A stretch of 64,000 nucleotides of DNA from Phaeosaccion multiseriatum (GCA_965112735.1 OZ218956.1:2790001-2854000), one strand, 5' to 3'. Shown: positions 13,605 through 28,117, numbered from the stretch's first letter. Notes: a model not told the origin generated them from the sequence alone. Translations and numbers: made by a program.

Positions 13605-14042
13605 AAAATGACGCTGGGAGAAGCGCTATAGCTCTTCGTGTAGCTCTTTGAGATCCCCACCGATCCATGGTCATTCGGCTTTCATCGCCTCTTCCCTTCC
13701 GTAGTTATCAGCATTTCCGCAGCAGCACCCAATTCCCCGGGGGGGGGGGGACGGGGGATGTGCACGCCACGGAAATCGCACCAGGCTTGCCAAGGGTCCT
13801 GCTGCTGCTCCACTGTGGCTAGCCGCCGTAGCGCTGCGCCTGTTCTCTTGCAGAAGGGCGGGCAAGCTGCCCATGAGCGATTTCCGTAGCGTGCACCCCC
13901 CCCCGGGAAGGGGATGCTGCTGCGGAAATGCTGACAACTACGGAAGGGAAGAGGCGATGAAAGCCGAATGACCATGGATCGGTGGGGATCTCAAAGAGAT
14001 AAGCTACACGAAGAGCTATAGCGCTTCTCCCAGCGTCATTTT
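13605..14042. repeat. Long inverted repeat / fold-back element (MITE-like or hairpin-RNA locus)
   Basis: 13605-13728 is the reverse complement of 13914-14042 except for one substitution and a 5-nt indel; looser pairing continues inward to about 13790/13860. Confidence 0.9.
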
Positions 14043-14386
14043 GATCTCATTTTCGAAGTGCCAAAAAATTATTATTGGGGGGGAAATCGGGCGATTTTCT
14101 CTTCTTTCTCTGTTCTCTTCTTTGGGCGATGATTCCGCAGCTCTTTTACAGACCTGTCTACAGTGTCTTTGGAGGTGGGCCGCCAGAGCTCCTTCACAAA
14201 AGTCTCTGCTGCTTTTCCAACCTCATGCCCACCCCACCCGCCCGCCCACACGCACGCAGTACTGCCTCTTGTCCAACTGGCGAGAAGGCTTGTGTCCCCT
14301 GCCTGTCCTGTACCCGTCCACACGGCCGTCGCCAGACGACCACAACAGGGTGGGTGGTCTCACAACAGTACACAACAGTACTAGTA

Positions 14387-16203
14387 TTAGGTCGCCTGGC
14401 GCATGAGGCTGCCGGACCGACTTGGTAAGTGGTTCTGCTCCGATAGACTCGAGCCCAGAGCGGGCAAAGGAGGCGAAGACTTGTTGCCAAAGCGGCTGTT
14501 TACGAGCAAAGAGAAAGCAAGGGTGACGAGGAGGGAGGACAGAGAAGCTCAGAGAATGTCCAGCACTCGCTTTGAACTGGAGAGGGAAGGAAAGGAGGAG
14601 GGAAGGGAAGGGAAGGAAGGAAGGAAGCGACCAAGGAAGGAAGGCAGGAAGGGAAACATGGGAGGTAGGGAAGGAGGGGAAGCAAGCAAACAAGCCAGCA
14701 AGAGACAAGAGAAGCCCGCAAAGCAAGCGCACCTGACGGAGGATATGCCGCTCCCCTCTGACTGACTCTGCGGATGCGTCGGATGACCGCCAGCCACACC
14801 GCCAGCCACGCCCCCCCCCTTTTGCCCGGCGCTGCTGTCCAACGAGAACACGGCCTCCAATGAGAGTTGAGCCCTTTGGAAGAAGCTCTTGAGAGGCGCC
14901 TCCATGGCTCGAACCCTTTCTTGCCCCTCGTCCGCCGCAGTGAAGCGCAGCGTCGCCTCCCACACCGACATCATGTCCACCAGAGCGTCCATGCTGCTCA
15001 TGCTGCTGGAGCTGATAGACAGTTGCCGGTGGTGGTGATGGCGCCCGCTGGTACTACCACTACTTCCACCACCACCACTGCCACTAGCGCTGACCTTGCC
15101 TCGGAAGACCTGATGCAGAGGCCGGAGGTGATCTCGAGCGGTCTTGGCGTCCCCCTGCATTAAGAGCACTCGAGCGAGCATAGTGGTGCCTTGCACCTCA
15201 TTCAACAGAAAGCCCTCCTGTCGGGCGTTACGGATACACATGGTAAGGTGCGGGTTGGCGGCCTTGAGGCTTTGAATCTGCTGCGCCTCCTCTCTGCTGC
15301 ACGGCGAGAGTTGCCTCTCCTGCCTCCCCTGCCTCTCCACCCCCTGCTGCTGCGAGGCTACACCTAACCCCCCGTTGAGCGCATCATTCTGCTGCTGAGA
15401 AGTGGCGCCTGCACTCGTCTTGGCCCTTCCGCGCCGCTCTTCCCTAGCGCTACTGCTGGTGCCGAAGAAGCGAAGCCGCTCTGTGACCATTCCGCCGCCT
15501 TCCCCAGAGGAGGCCTCTCCGCCATTCATTCGGGAGCCCGAGCCCCGGTGGTGGTGCGGCGGTGAGTGGAGGTGTCTCCAAGACAAGAGACCGTCTGCGG
15601 AGCCCTTCCAACGCGGCGACACCGATCGGCGCCTCTTCTTACCGTAGATGCTGCCGCCGCCGCTGCCGCTGTGACCGTTGGGGGCGAGGGACCGTCTGCT
15701 TTTTACTTCATTGACTTCATTGCCGATATCCTGCAGGGCATCGAGCCACACTTCGTTTCCGCTGCCGATGTCCTGCAGCGCGTCCAGCCAGCCTTCATCA
15801 CCACCATCCCCACCACCACCTTTACGGCCGCCTCCGCCTGCTGCCCCCTTCTCCTCTTCCCCCTTAAGCCAGACTGAGGACAAGTCTGCCCGCCCCCCGG
15901 CCCCGCCCCACTCCTCCTCCCCCTGGCTCTCTTCTTCGTCGTCGACTACCCGAGCAACCAATGACATGGGTTTCAGACGGTCGAGGTTGGGCATCATCTC
16001 ATCGTTTTCTCTTCTATCCTCCTCCGCGTCATGCTCCTCCTCCTCCTCCTTCTCCTCCTCCTCCTCTTTCGTCTCCTCCTCCTTCTCCTCCTCCTCCTCT
16101 TTTGTCTCCTCCTCCTTTATCTCCTCCTGCAACTCCTGTTCCACACCTCCACCCTTTTCCTTTTGCACACTATCCCGCTCCCTCTTGTCGTCATCAAACG
16201 CCA

Positions 16204-16241
<38 letters not shown>

Positions 16242-19200
16242 AGCAGCTCATTCCCTGGATCAGCATAGCCCTCCTGCATCTGCTCTCCTCCATTCCTAGT
16301 CGTCGCAAAGGCCAAGCTACCCATCCCGCCATCCCCCTCTCCATCCTCGTCTCCATCGCTGCCGCTGGCGCTGCCCTTCGCTCGGCCCAACTCGAGCATC
16401 GCCCTGCCTCCAAGACACTCCGACGACGTGGGTGGGCTTGTAGAAGTGAGTGAGGACATGAGGGAGGGATTCTTGCTCGCGTCTGCCAAAAGAACCACCA
16501 CATCTTCGCCACCTTCCTCCTCTTCGTCCTCGGACTTGCCCTTGCCCTTGCCGGCCCACCTTTCCAAGGATGCCAGCGATTCCTTTTGCTCCTCTCCTGG
16601 GTCTATTGGTGGTGGGGCGGAGAGCGGCGGCGACGTGGAAGGCGGTGGTACATCTTGCTCCTCTCGCTCCTGCCCACCACCATCCTGCAGCGGGTTCGGA
16701 GGCTGCACAGTGGTTTCCTCCTTGTCATCCGCCCTCTCTTGGCCCTCCTCCTCGCCGGCGTCGCGATCCCCCTTCTGCTTCTCTTCCTCTCTTTCTGGCA
16801 GCTTGCGTTTGCTCCTCCTCCGCCATCCTCGCCACCCTTCGTCCTCCTCGCTCCTCCTCCTTCCGTCCCTTCCACCGCCCTCTGCTGCCTTCTCATCTCC
16901 CCCTTTCATTTCCCGCAAAAGCTGGGCGTGGTCCCTCAGAGCGATGGAAAGGTCAATTTCCTCGCTCAAGAAGAGAGGATCGCCCCTCTCATACCCATAC
17001 CCTGCGTAGCCCATTTCAGATCTCCCTTCAACATCTTCTGTGTCTTCTTTCTCTTGTTCTTGTTCTTGTTCTTGTTCTTGTTCTTGTTCTTGCTGCTCAT
17101 GCTCTCCCTCCTCCTGCTTCTCATCATCCTCCTCCTCCTCCTCCTCCTCCTCCTCCTCCACCTCCTCTCCCCTATCCAGCAAAGTCATGATGCCCCCGGT
17201 GCTACCCCTCTTGGCATAGCCGCCCATCGCCGGAGCCATCCACGATGACTTTCGCCCCACCGTCGCTGAGGGCATCATGTCTGCGTGTGCGCTTGACGCC
17301 ATCGCCTTATCTCCCCCCTCGCCTCCTCCTCCTCCTCCTCCTCCTCCTCCCCCTCCTTGCCCCATCCTGGCGCCACACACGCCTCGGGCTGATTGATTAT
17401 GGGCATCTGCGCCTGGCAGGCGCAGCAGCTCCCTCTCGTTCTTGAGGTCCGCAATGGCGGCGTTGACCTTCATAAAACACAGCTCCCCTCTGCAGCAGAA
17501 GAGCAGCGCCGACGTGATGGAGGGAAGCGTGCCCTTGACCCACCCCTGGCCGCTTCCCGTCTCCATCCAGAGCATGAGCATCTCCTCAGCTGTGGCAAAG
17601 TCCTGTCCCAGCAGCGCTGCCTGGTAACCGGCGCTGCAGTACAGCGGATTGGGATGCTTACCCACCCGCTCCCTCACCTCCTGCACCCTCCCCTGCACCT
17701 GATCCCGCACCACCTTCGACAGCATGAAGTACCTCTCTGCTGGCCCTCGTCGAGTCGCCTCGTAAATCTCACACACCAGACCGATAAGTCGCATTCTCCG
17801 CATCACAAAGGGGTTCGTGCCCCGAAATCTCTCCGGCACACGCCTGCGAATGGAGCGATAGAGCGCGCTGAGACCACTCAGCTCTCTTGTGGCAATCCAG
17901 ACCAGCCCGATCCAACTGCACACTACATAGAGATGGAAAGGCTTGGAAGAAGCCGAGGAGCTGCCAATGTAGGCAGCAAAACCCGCACGGGCCGTGGTGT
18001 ATTTGGGTGCGTCTGCTCGCATGCACTCGGCCATCGCCTTGGCGCCGAGCAGCATGGCAACAGGCTCGTACATGACTAGGCAAAGGGGGGAGGGCCGGCC
18101 TGCTGCCTCCCACACGTCCACCTCCTGGCAATAGCGGTCCACCTGTTCGTTTGTTCGTTCGTTTGTTTGGAGACATCGGGGCCCACACCACACAAGAGAG
18201 AAGACAGGTGGGTGGTGAGTAGGGCGGTGGATGACGGGGCGAGCGATGGGAGAGGCTCATTGTCTATTGCCTCTTGCCTCTACGCTCTTTGACTGGGACA
18301 TGCCACAGTATCGTATGTATCCAATCCAAAGATCACAAAAGGGTCAGAGCACACTCACACACACACACACACACACATAAAGAAACAGGCACTGTACCCA
18401 CCCCACTCACCCACCCTTGCCGCTACCACAACACGCGTCGAGCCAAACAAAGTGCCTCTTCTTTGCCTCTCCACCACCACACATCACCTTTCTACTCTGT
18501 CTGACATGGCCTTGCTTCTCCACCACCACACATCACCTTTCTACTCTGTCTGACATGGCCTTGCTTCTCCACCACCACACATCACCTTTCTACTCTGTCT
18601 GACATCGCCTTGCTTCTCCACCACCACACATCACCTTTCTACTCTGTCTGACATGGCCTTGCTTCTCCACCACCACACATCACCTTTCTACTCTGTCTGA
18701 CATGGCCTTGCTTCTCCACCACCACACATCACCTTTCTACTCTGTCTGACATGGCCTTGCTTCTCCACCACCACACATCACCTTTCTACTCTGTCTGACA
18801 TGGCCTTGCTTCTCCACCACCACACATCACCTTTCTACTCTGTCTGACATCGCCTTGCTTCTCCACCACCACACATCACCTTTCTACTCTGTCTGACATC
18901 GCCTTGCTTCTCCACCACCACACATCACCTTTCTACTCTGTCTGACATCGCCTTGCTTCTCCACCACCACACATCACCTTTCTACTCTGTCTGACATGGC
19001 CTTGCTTCTCCACCACCACACATCACCTTTCTACTCTGTCTGACATGGCCTTGCTTCTCCACCACCACACATCACCTTTCTACTCTGTCTGACATGGCCT
19101 TGCTTCTCCACCACCACACATCACCTTTCTACTCTGTCTGACATGGCCTTGCTTCTCCACCACCACACATCACCTTTCTACTCTGTCTGACATGGCCTTG

Positions 19201-22200
19201 CTTCTCCACCACCACACATCACCTTTCTACTCTGTCTGACATGGCCTTGCTTCTCCACCACCACACATCACCTTTCTACTCTGTCTGACATGGCCTTGCT
19301 TCTCCACCACCACACATCACCTTTCTACTCTGTCTGACATGGCCTTGCTTCTCCACCACCACACATCACCTTTCTACTCTGTCTGACATCGCCTTGCTTC
19401 TCCACCACCACACATCACCTTTCTACTCTGTCTGACATCGCCTTGCTTCTCCACCACCACACATCACCTTTCTACTCTGTCTGACATCGCCTTGCTTCTC
19501 CACCACCACACATCACCTTTCTACTCTGTCTGACATCGCCTTGCTTCTCCACCACCACACATCACCTTTCTACTCTGTCTGACATCGCCTTGCTTCTCCA
19601 CCACCACACATCACCTTTCTACTCTGTCTGACATCGCCTTGCTTCTCCACCACCACACATCACCTTTCTACTCTGTCTGACATCGCCTTGCTTCTCCACC
19701 ACCACACATCACCTTTCTACTCTGTCTGACATCGCCTTGCTTCTCCACCACCACACATCACCTTTCTACTCTGTCTGACATCGCCTTGCTTCTCCACCAC
19801 CACACATCACCTTTCTACTCTGTCTGACATCGCCTTGCTTCTCCACCACCACACATCACCTTTCTACTCTGTCTGACATCGCCTTGCTTCTCCACCACCA
19901 CACATCACCTTTCTACTCTGTCTGACATCGCCTTGCTTCTCCACCACCACACATCACCTTTCTACTCTGTCTGACATCGCCTTGCTTCTCCACCACCACA
20001 CATCACCTTTCTACTCTGTCTGACATCGCCTTGCTTCTCCACCACCACACATCACCTTTCTACTCTGTCTGACATCGCCTTGCTTCTCCACCACCACACA
20101 TCACCTTTCTACTCTGTCTGACATCGCCTTGCTTCTCCACCACCACACATCACCTTTCTACTCTGTCTGACATCGCCTTGCTTCTCCACCACCACACATC
20201 ACCTTTCTACTCTGTCTGACATGGCCTTGCTTCTCCACCACCACACATCACCTTTCTACTCTGTCTGACATCGCCTTGCTTCTCCACCACCACACATCAC
20301 CTTTCTACTCTGTCTGACATCGCCTTGCTTCTCCACCACCACACATCACCTTTCTACTCTGTCTGACATCGCCTTGCTTCTCCACCACCACACATCACCT
20401 TTCTACTCTGTCTGACATCGCCTTGCTTCTCCACCACCACACATCACCTTTCTACTCTGTCTGACATGGCCTTGCTTCTCCACCACCACACATCACCTTT
20501 CTACTCTGTCTGACATGGCCTTGCTTCTCCACCACCACACATCACCTTTCTACTCTGTCCGACATCGTCCGCTGCCTTCCTACAAACCCCACAAACGACA
20601 CGACAAAAAAAACACGGCAAACCGACAACAGATACACGCACGCATGTACGCACGCACCTGTGCCAAGTCCCCATCCACAATGGCCTTGGCAGCCAGCACG
20701 CCCGCCACCTCCAGCCTCAGCAGCGGGGGCAGGTCCTCCTCCGCATAGAGCGGCTCAATAGTGAGCTTGAAGGCTTTGTCCTGGTCCGAGGCAAGCAAGT
20801 GATGCGCCTTGAAGAGGTGGGCTCGAACAAAGTCCTCCTTCAGCACCAGCCCCATGCTGACGGCCGCCTTGTGCCCGCTGAGCTCCACCGCTCGATCGGC
20901 GAAGCGAGCCATGTCTGCACTATTTTCTCCCTTTGTGAACTGAGCAATCTCGCAGCCGGCGAGCACCTGTGTGTGTGTGTGTGTGTGGGTGGGTGCGTGA
21001 GGACCAAGTATGTTAAGTTCGTGGGGTGCGTGACTATGGAATCTGCTCTGCTTCGCTCTCTTCCCCTCACACACACACTACACCCACCAGTGCAAAGTCC
21101 AGCGCGTGTCTCTCCGGCCAGCTCCTTTTCTGTAACGGTCGCATGATGCCCACCCCCAACAGCTCCAGCGCCGCCTCTACCATGTCGTGCGCCTCTCCGT
21201 AGCTGCCCACAGGGAGCAGCGTCCGCCGCACGGCGATGGCGTAGGCCCTCACAGCGTGGAGCACCAACACGTTCCAACCCTCAGCCCCCCCGTAGTCGCC
21301 AAGCTCCTCCTTGGCGGGAGGATCACACACGCACTGACGCCAATGATCAGCGATGACGAGGTGTTTGAGCTCGCTAGGGAGGGGGGGGGGGGGGAGAGGG
21401 GTCGCAGCAAGATAAAAGCAATGGGGCCGGAGGGGCAGAGGAGAAAGCGGTACGGCAGGGCAAGAGGGAAGGGAAGTCAAGCGATGCTCTCACCACTCCT
21501 CCTTCCGTTCCTCGCCCTCTATAAGGAGAGGTAGGAGCCGCGAAACAGACTTGAGTTCTCCTTCGATGGATGGCCCTTCGCCCGTGCCCCCTCACTCCCT
21601 GCCTCCCTGCCTCCCTCCCTCCTGCCCTCATTTACTCACAGACACCCTCACTCACTCACTCACTCACTCACTCACCTTCCCTGGTCCTTCTCGAGGTACA
21701 GCGCCGCCCTACGGTGCAGCTTTCTGCGGTAGCTGTGAAGGAGCATTCCGTAGGCCGTGTGTCTCAGGACGGAAGAGTAAAAGTAAAAGTTCCTCCTTAA
21801 GCCCGTCTGCAAGTTCTCAATCTTCCACATGAGAAGGTTATCGTTCGAGAGCCGCTGGAGGGAGTCTGCCAGCTGACGCTCGCCAATGTCGGCGGGGAAC
21901 ACCTTGAGAGCAAGGAGGGCCTCCAGGGTGAACACTTCACCCACCACACTGGCCACCTTGGAAGCGAGGGTGGGTGCGAGAGCGGGTGTGGGGTGGGACA
22001 GACAGCGGGAGAAAAGAGAGAGGAGGAGGGGGGGGGGGGGGAAGGGGTCAGGGGAGAGCGGTGAGTGAGACAAACAAAAAACTGAGAGAAACACACAGAG
22101 GGAGAGATACACACACACACACACACACACGCAGAGAGAGAGAGAGAGCCCCTTCTTGCCCCCTCCCCGCCCCCCCTTGATGACCCACTCCCTCCCTCCC

Positions 22201-22927
22201 CCACCCCTAACCTTGAGCACCAAGCTGGCGAGGGGGTCCAACGCGTCGATCTGCGCTACAGCAATGTCCTTGAGCGAGGAGGGAATGCTTTCCACAAGCG
22301 ACGCCGCCACCCCCCCCGATCCCTCCTTGCCCCCCTTGCTAGCCTGCTCCCGCTTGAAGGCCTCTGACAGGCCCGCTACAAGCCGCTCTTCGTCGGCGCC
22401 GTCGCCAGCCCCCTCCTCCTCGTAATCATCATCGTGATCATCGTCGGGGTCGCGTTGGTCGTCTTCGGTCGTGTTGGTCGCCTTGTTGCCCGAGCTCAGG
22501 GCTGCCTCAGCGGGCAGCAGCTTCCCCTCCCCCCAAGCCCCTGTTGATCCTCCGCTGCTACTTGAGAGAATTCTCCTCCTGGTGGGTTGTGCCCTTAACG
22601 TCTCTGCCACCGTTCCAATGTGGCTGTGCCGCCCGTTGTTGTTTCTCTCTAGAGCTGCTGAAGGTACTACCGCAGTAGCTGTAGCTGCCGACAAGGAGAA
22701 GGTTCTTGTGGCTCTTCCGTCGGAAACCCCCGCCTTCCTCCGGGGGTCGTTCTCGTTGCGAACCTTCCCTCTCGAAAAGGATAGCCTGCCAAAGCCGCCG
22801 CCGCCGCTCTTGCGCTTCAATGTCAGCCCCTTCCAGCCCTTCTTTCCTTCCTTATCAACACTACCCCTAGTCACTCCTACCCCGCCTCCTCCTGCTGCTC
22901 CTGGTACAGCTGCTGTATCACCAGCTG

Positions 22928-22961
<34 letters not shown>

Positions 22962-25900
22962 CGCAATGGCGTCCTCCTCCTCCTCCTCCTCCTCCTCCAG
23001 CCGCGCCTCTTCCTCCGTTGGTGGTGGGCGGAAGGGCTCAATCTGAACCCCTCCTGCTTTCTCCAGGGCACTGCACATTTCCCGAATGAAGAAAGGGTTG
23101 CCTTCACAGTTGCTCACCACCACCTCCTTCAAAGAAGCGTCGAGGCTGTACACGCCGAGGCAGCTTGCAGCTAAGGCCGACGCGTCCTGCGACGATGCAT
23201 GTCATGAAAGTGCACATTTGGTGGTAGTGGTGGTGGTGTGTGGGGGGGGGGGGGCAGAGCAAAGGGATGAGGGATGAGGAGAGGGAAAGAAAGGCGGGAG
23301 GGAGGGAGGGAGAAGCAAGAAGCTCGCAAAAAGCACTTGTGGGGAGGAGGGCGACCCTTGCCCCCTCATTCCTTTCGATTTGGACTCTGACTGACTCAGC
23401 GCTCAACTCGTGGCCGTGGCAGAGCCAAACACACAAGGAAATAACAAAAACTAAACGAAAGGCGAAACGAAAGGCGAAACGAAAGGCGAAACGAAACGAA
23501 CACACGAAACGCACCTTCTCATTGAGCGTGGGAAGGCCAATCTTGCTCACCCCAGGCACGGCGAGGAGCTGCCTGTACCTCTGCCTGCCCCCTCCCTCCT
23601 TGTAGTACTGCTCTGGTCGGCAGGACAGTACGAAGCTCACCCCCTCTGCGCGCAACGCAGGCGCCCGCTCCCATATGTCAATGAGCACTCGCAAAGACGT
23701 GGCGTCGGTGTAGTGAAGCCCGTCAATGGCCACCACAAGCCCTTTCCTCTTGCCCCGGGTCGGGTCCGCCTTGGCCCCAGAGCGCAACAGCCCCACACAG
23801 AGCTGCCGCAACAGACGGTTCTTCTCCTGAGGGGGCAAGTTGTAAAAGGGCTTGGCACAGTCCTTGGGAGCTCCCTTGAGGCCCACCCCCAATTGCACAG
23901 ACAGGATGGGCAGGACGTTGCTAATGTCGTCGGATAAGAGTGCCTTTACCGCCGCAAAGTCGTAGCTCTTAGGTCCGTCTGGGGTGTGTGTATGTGTGTG
24001 TATGTGTGTGTGTGTGTGGGTGTGTGGGTGTGTGTGGGTGTGTGTGGGTGTGTGTGGGTGTGTGTGGGTGTGTGTGTGTGGGTGGGTGGATGTAAGGAGC
24101 GTGTTGGTGTAAGGGCCGTGTGGCGAGAGGAGGGAGGGGAAAACAGAAGAGGGGCCGTGAGTGGTGTCGTGCTGAGGTATAACTGAAGTAGTAGGCGGGT
24201 ACTACTGGAGAGCAGAGAGCAGACGGTGCGAGTGAGCGAGAGAGTCCTAGATTGGGGCAGGAAGGGGCCAGCTCCAAAATCATGTCTACTCATCGCTCTC
24301 TTGTAAGCTAAAAACCCCACGCGCACCATCAAACTGCCCTTCCTTCACGCCGTCCTGGGCCACGCTACTCAAAACACGCAAGCAACAGAGTTTATCCTCT
24401 TTGCTTATCTGTGTGTGTGTCCCTCCCCCCGCCCCAGAATGATATCCTTCACTTGCACCCCCTCGCCCCCCTGACCTTCTCCACAGCCCCACCCCAACCC
24501 GTCCCGGTACCTGTCGTGCTTCGAACCAACCAACCAACCAACCAACAGACCAATCAACCAATCAATCAACCTACCAACCAGCCAACCAACCAACCAACCT
24601 GCGGAGGCGGGTACATCAAGGAGCTCATCAATGATGTGTGTGACGAGCTGCTCCACCAATTGCAAGGGTTGCATACTGTCGGTGGAGTCGCAGATGAGCC
24701 GCACCAGCCCACACCTGCCCCTGCTTCCACTTCCGCTTTGGTGCGGCGTCTTCTCCTTGTTCTTCTCCCCCTGCTGCTGCGCTACCACGGGCAAGTCTCC
24801 TCCTCCCTCGCCGCTATCGTCTCTGGTATCACTACCACCAACACCACCACCACCATCGTGAGGGAGAGCAGTAGCCCCGGCATCAGCCGCAGCATCAGCC
24901 GCAGTAGCACCAGCAGACGCACTACTCTCCACCCCGACTGACGAGTCGGCCCCACCACCACCACCACCGACAGCAGCAGCACCACCGGCAGCGGGGGTAG
25001 CAGGAGGCCCATCGGCAGCCGCCTTGCTCGCCTCCGCCTCCACAGAGGAGGAGGAGCAAAAGCCGCCCTTCTGCAGGAAGCTGTCCGCCGCCGCGAGCAT
25101 GAGCGCCGTCTTGCCCATACCCGCGTCAGCCTCAATGACCACCGTCCTCCCCTTGCCCTGGGCAGCCCCCTCCATCACGCGCCGTACCTCCACGAGTTGG
25201 TTACGCCTCCCCACGAGCACGTTGCCGCCATCTGCACCGCCCGCGCTGTCGCCGTCGCCGTCACCTCCCAAGCCCTCCTCCCCCTCCTCCTCCTCCCCCG
25301 GGTGCAACCCCATCGCCGACCTATGCAGTCTGCGCTCTGCCTTGAAGATGCGAATGTCCTCTGATTTCCCCTTGGGACGAATGACCCCGACTGGCTGCAC
25401 CTTGACTAGACCCCCCTTGCCAGAGGTGCTCACGAGAGAGCGAACGGCGTTGGAGTCCGCAAGCACCCCGATTCCCTCTCCGTGTGCGTGTGCGGCGAGA
25501 CGAGCGGCGAGGTTAACCGTGTCCCCGACGAGCGCATACTCGCATCGCACTGTGCTGAGGCCCAGAAGGGAGATGCACACCTGAGGTGGGGTGGGGTGGG
25601 GTGAGGTGGGGTCGGGGGGGAGGGGGTGTAGCGGTGGTGGTGCGCGACCAAGACGGCAGGGGTGTGAAGGTGGACGTGAAGATGGAGGTGAAGATGGAGG
25701 TGGAGGTGGAGATGAGGGCAGGGATGGGGAGGGGGGAAAGAAGACAAGACTCTCAATCAGCTCCAGTCTCAGCATTTCAGAGACTCTAACAGACTCTCTC
25801 TAGTGTCTTGGTACTGCACGCCAGTGCTGGGCACGTCAGTGGAGAACCAACCTGTCCCGCAGCCACGCCGATGCCGGCAAGGTGGTCCCTCTTTTTGAGC

Positions 25901-27937
25901 TGGTGGTGGATCTCAGTTGCGGCCTGGAGCGCCTTCTCATTGTTGTTCTCAAAGCTGCACCCCGGGGTTCCGAAGGCGAAGATCAAGCTCAACCCCTTCT
26001 CGTCCATCATTACCTTTGGGTCGGGAGAGAAGAGAGGAGAGGAAGAGAGGAGAGAGAGAGAAACGGAGGAGAGAGAGAGAAAGAGAGAAAAGAGAGGAAG
26101 AGAGAAGAGAGAGGGGAAGAGAGAAGAGAGAGAGGAAGAGAGAAGAGAGAGGAAGAGAGAAGAGAGAGAGGAAGAGAGAAGAGAGAAGAGAGAGAGGAAG
26201 AGAGAAGAGAGAGAGGAAGAGAGAAGAGAGAGGGGAAGAGAGAAGAGAGAGGGGAAGAGAGAAGAGAGAGAGGAAGAGAGGAGAGAGAGAAACGGAGGAG
26301 AGAGAGAGAAAGAGAGGAGAGAGAGAGGAAGAGAGAAGAGAGAGAGGAAGAGAGAAGAGAGGGGAAGAGAGAAGAGAGAGAGGAAGAGAGAAGAGAGAGA
26401 GGAAGAGAGGAGAGAGAGAAACGGAGGAGAGAGAGAGGGGAAGAGAGGAAAAAAGAGGAGGAGGGGAGAGAGAGGAGGAAGACAGGAGAGTGACGGAGAC
26501 GGAGACGGAAGCCAAGCCACGGAAGCCACAGAGTCACAGAGTCAGGAGGACATGAATGGGGGCCGGGTGCACTATCGGCTTCCGACAAGGAGGGACGGAG
26601 GGAGGGAGGGTGTTGCCCCACATGTCCATCACACAGTGCCATCGCCCCCCATCCAGTGCCATCGCCCCCCATCCAGTGCCATCGCCCCCCATCCAGTGCC
26701 ATCGCCCATCGCCCATTCCGCCCAGGCAGAGGACCGCGTAACTACCGCACCTTGTTGATGAAGCCCTTCTTGCGCAGCACCACCCGTGCCGCCAGCTCCA
26801 CCGCCCTTGCCACCGCGTCCACCTGGTCTGTCATACACGGCTTTCTTCCGCCCCCGCCTCCTCCCCCTCCCCGTCCACCCCCTCCTTCTTGCCCCGCTCT
26901 CTCCTCCTCCCCCTCGTCCGCCTGTCCTCCTCCGTCCTCGCGTGAGTCATGCTGCCCCTGCTGCTCCCCCTTCGCGACGCCCCCCCCCCCCCCGCCGCCT
27001 TTGCTGACGAGAGTGCTCAACTGCTGCGGCACGCTGTTTCCCCTCACCATCCCTAACCGCATTCCCTGACTGATGCCCATGGCAGCATCTTGGAGCGTCA
27101 GAGTGTGTGAGGAGCTCACCACTCCTCCTCCGCCGGTGCCGGTGTGTCGCGCGTGCAGGGCCCAAGAGGCCTCCCTTGCGAGCCCCCCGGTGGTGCCGTA
27201 ACCGTCGTAACCGTCACAGTCTTCTTCCCCGTCTTCCTCTTGTGAAGGGAGAGCCTAATGTTAGTGGAGGGGGGGGGGGGTCCGTGTGTGTGTGTGCGTA
27301 GATTCGGTATGAGAGGGGGCTTGCGGACAGAACAGTGTCAAGTGCATGAGCGCACGGACGACCATTAGGTGCCATCGAAGACTGCCGTACAACCAACTTG
27401 CATACAGAGCACCAATCGACCAACAGACAGACCTGGTCGTTGAGGTGCCCAATATCGAACTTGACAAAGGCCACTGCAGCCGGGCGCAGCTCTCCCAGCC
27501 ATGATACCTGAGCACACACCAGACGGCAAAGAAGGGAGTGGGAGAGGATAAGAGGGGAGGAGAGGAGGGGTGGGGGAGGGGGATCGTGGAGCATGAGCAT
27601 TCCAAGGCAGGCAAGGCGTTTGAGCCGAAGCACAGCACACGGCCTGGCTTGGCGACGTCGACTCCGCTCGGGAGAAGGAAATACAACAGCCATACCTGGG
27701 CGTTCTTGAAGCTACTGCTGCCGCTCAAGCTACTGACGCCCTTAAATAGGGGCCAGGGCCTCGTGAAGGAAGAGGAAGGTCCATTGCTCGCGCCCTCCCC
27801 CCCCTCGTCATCGCTTCCCTCCAGCCTCCGCTTCGCCTCCTGCACTACATCATTATCCGCTGCAGCCGTTGCCGTTGCAGCAGCACCCCCACCACTTCTG
27901 CCAACACTCCCACCACCACCACCACCACCACCACCAC

Positions 27938-27977
<40 letters not shown>

Positions 27978-28117
27978 TGGGTCTGAGGAAGGAGAGTAGA
28001 TGTCGTCCCAGTCATCGAGCGAGCCCTCATCCTCCCCCTCTCCAATGTTGTCCAGTCGGAGAAGGCTCCTCCCCTTCCCTCCCAGTCCCATGGCCCCGCC
28101 GCCGCCGCCGCCCCCCC

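Noticed and set aside
18469-20567. CRISPR-like array
   Set aside because: Head-to-tail identical units without unique spacers, no cas genes, and located in a eukaryotic intron.
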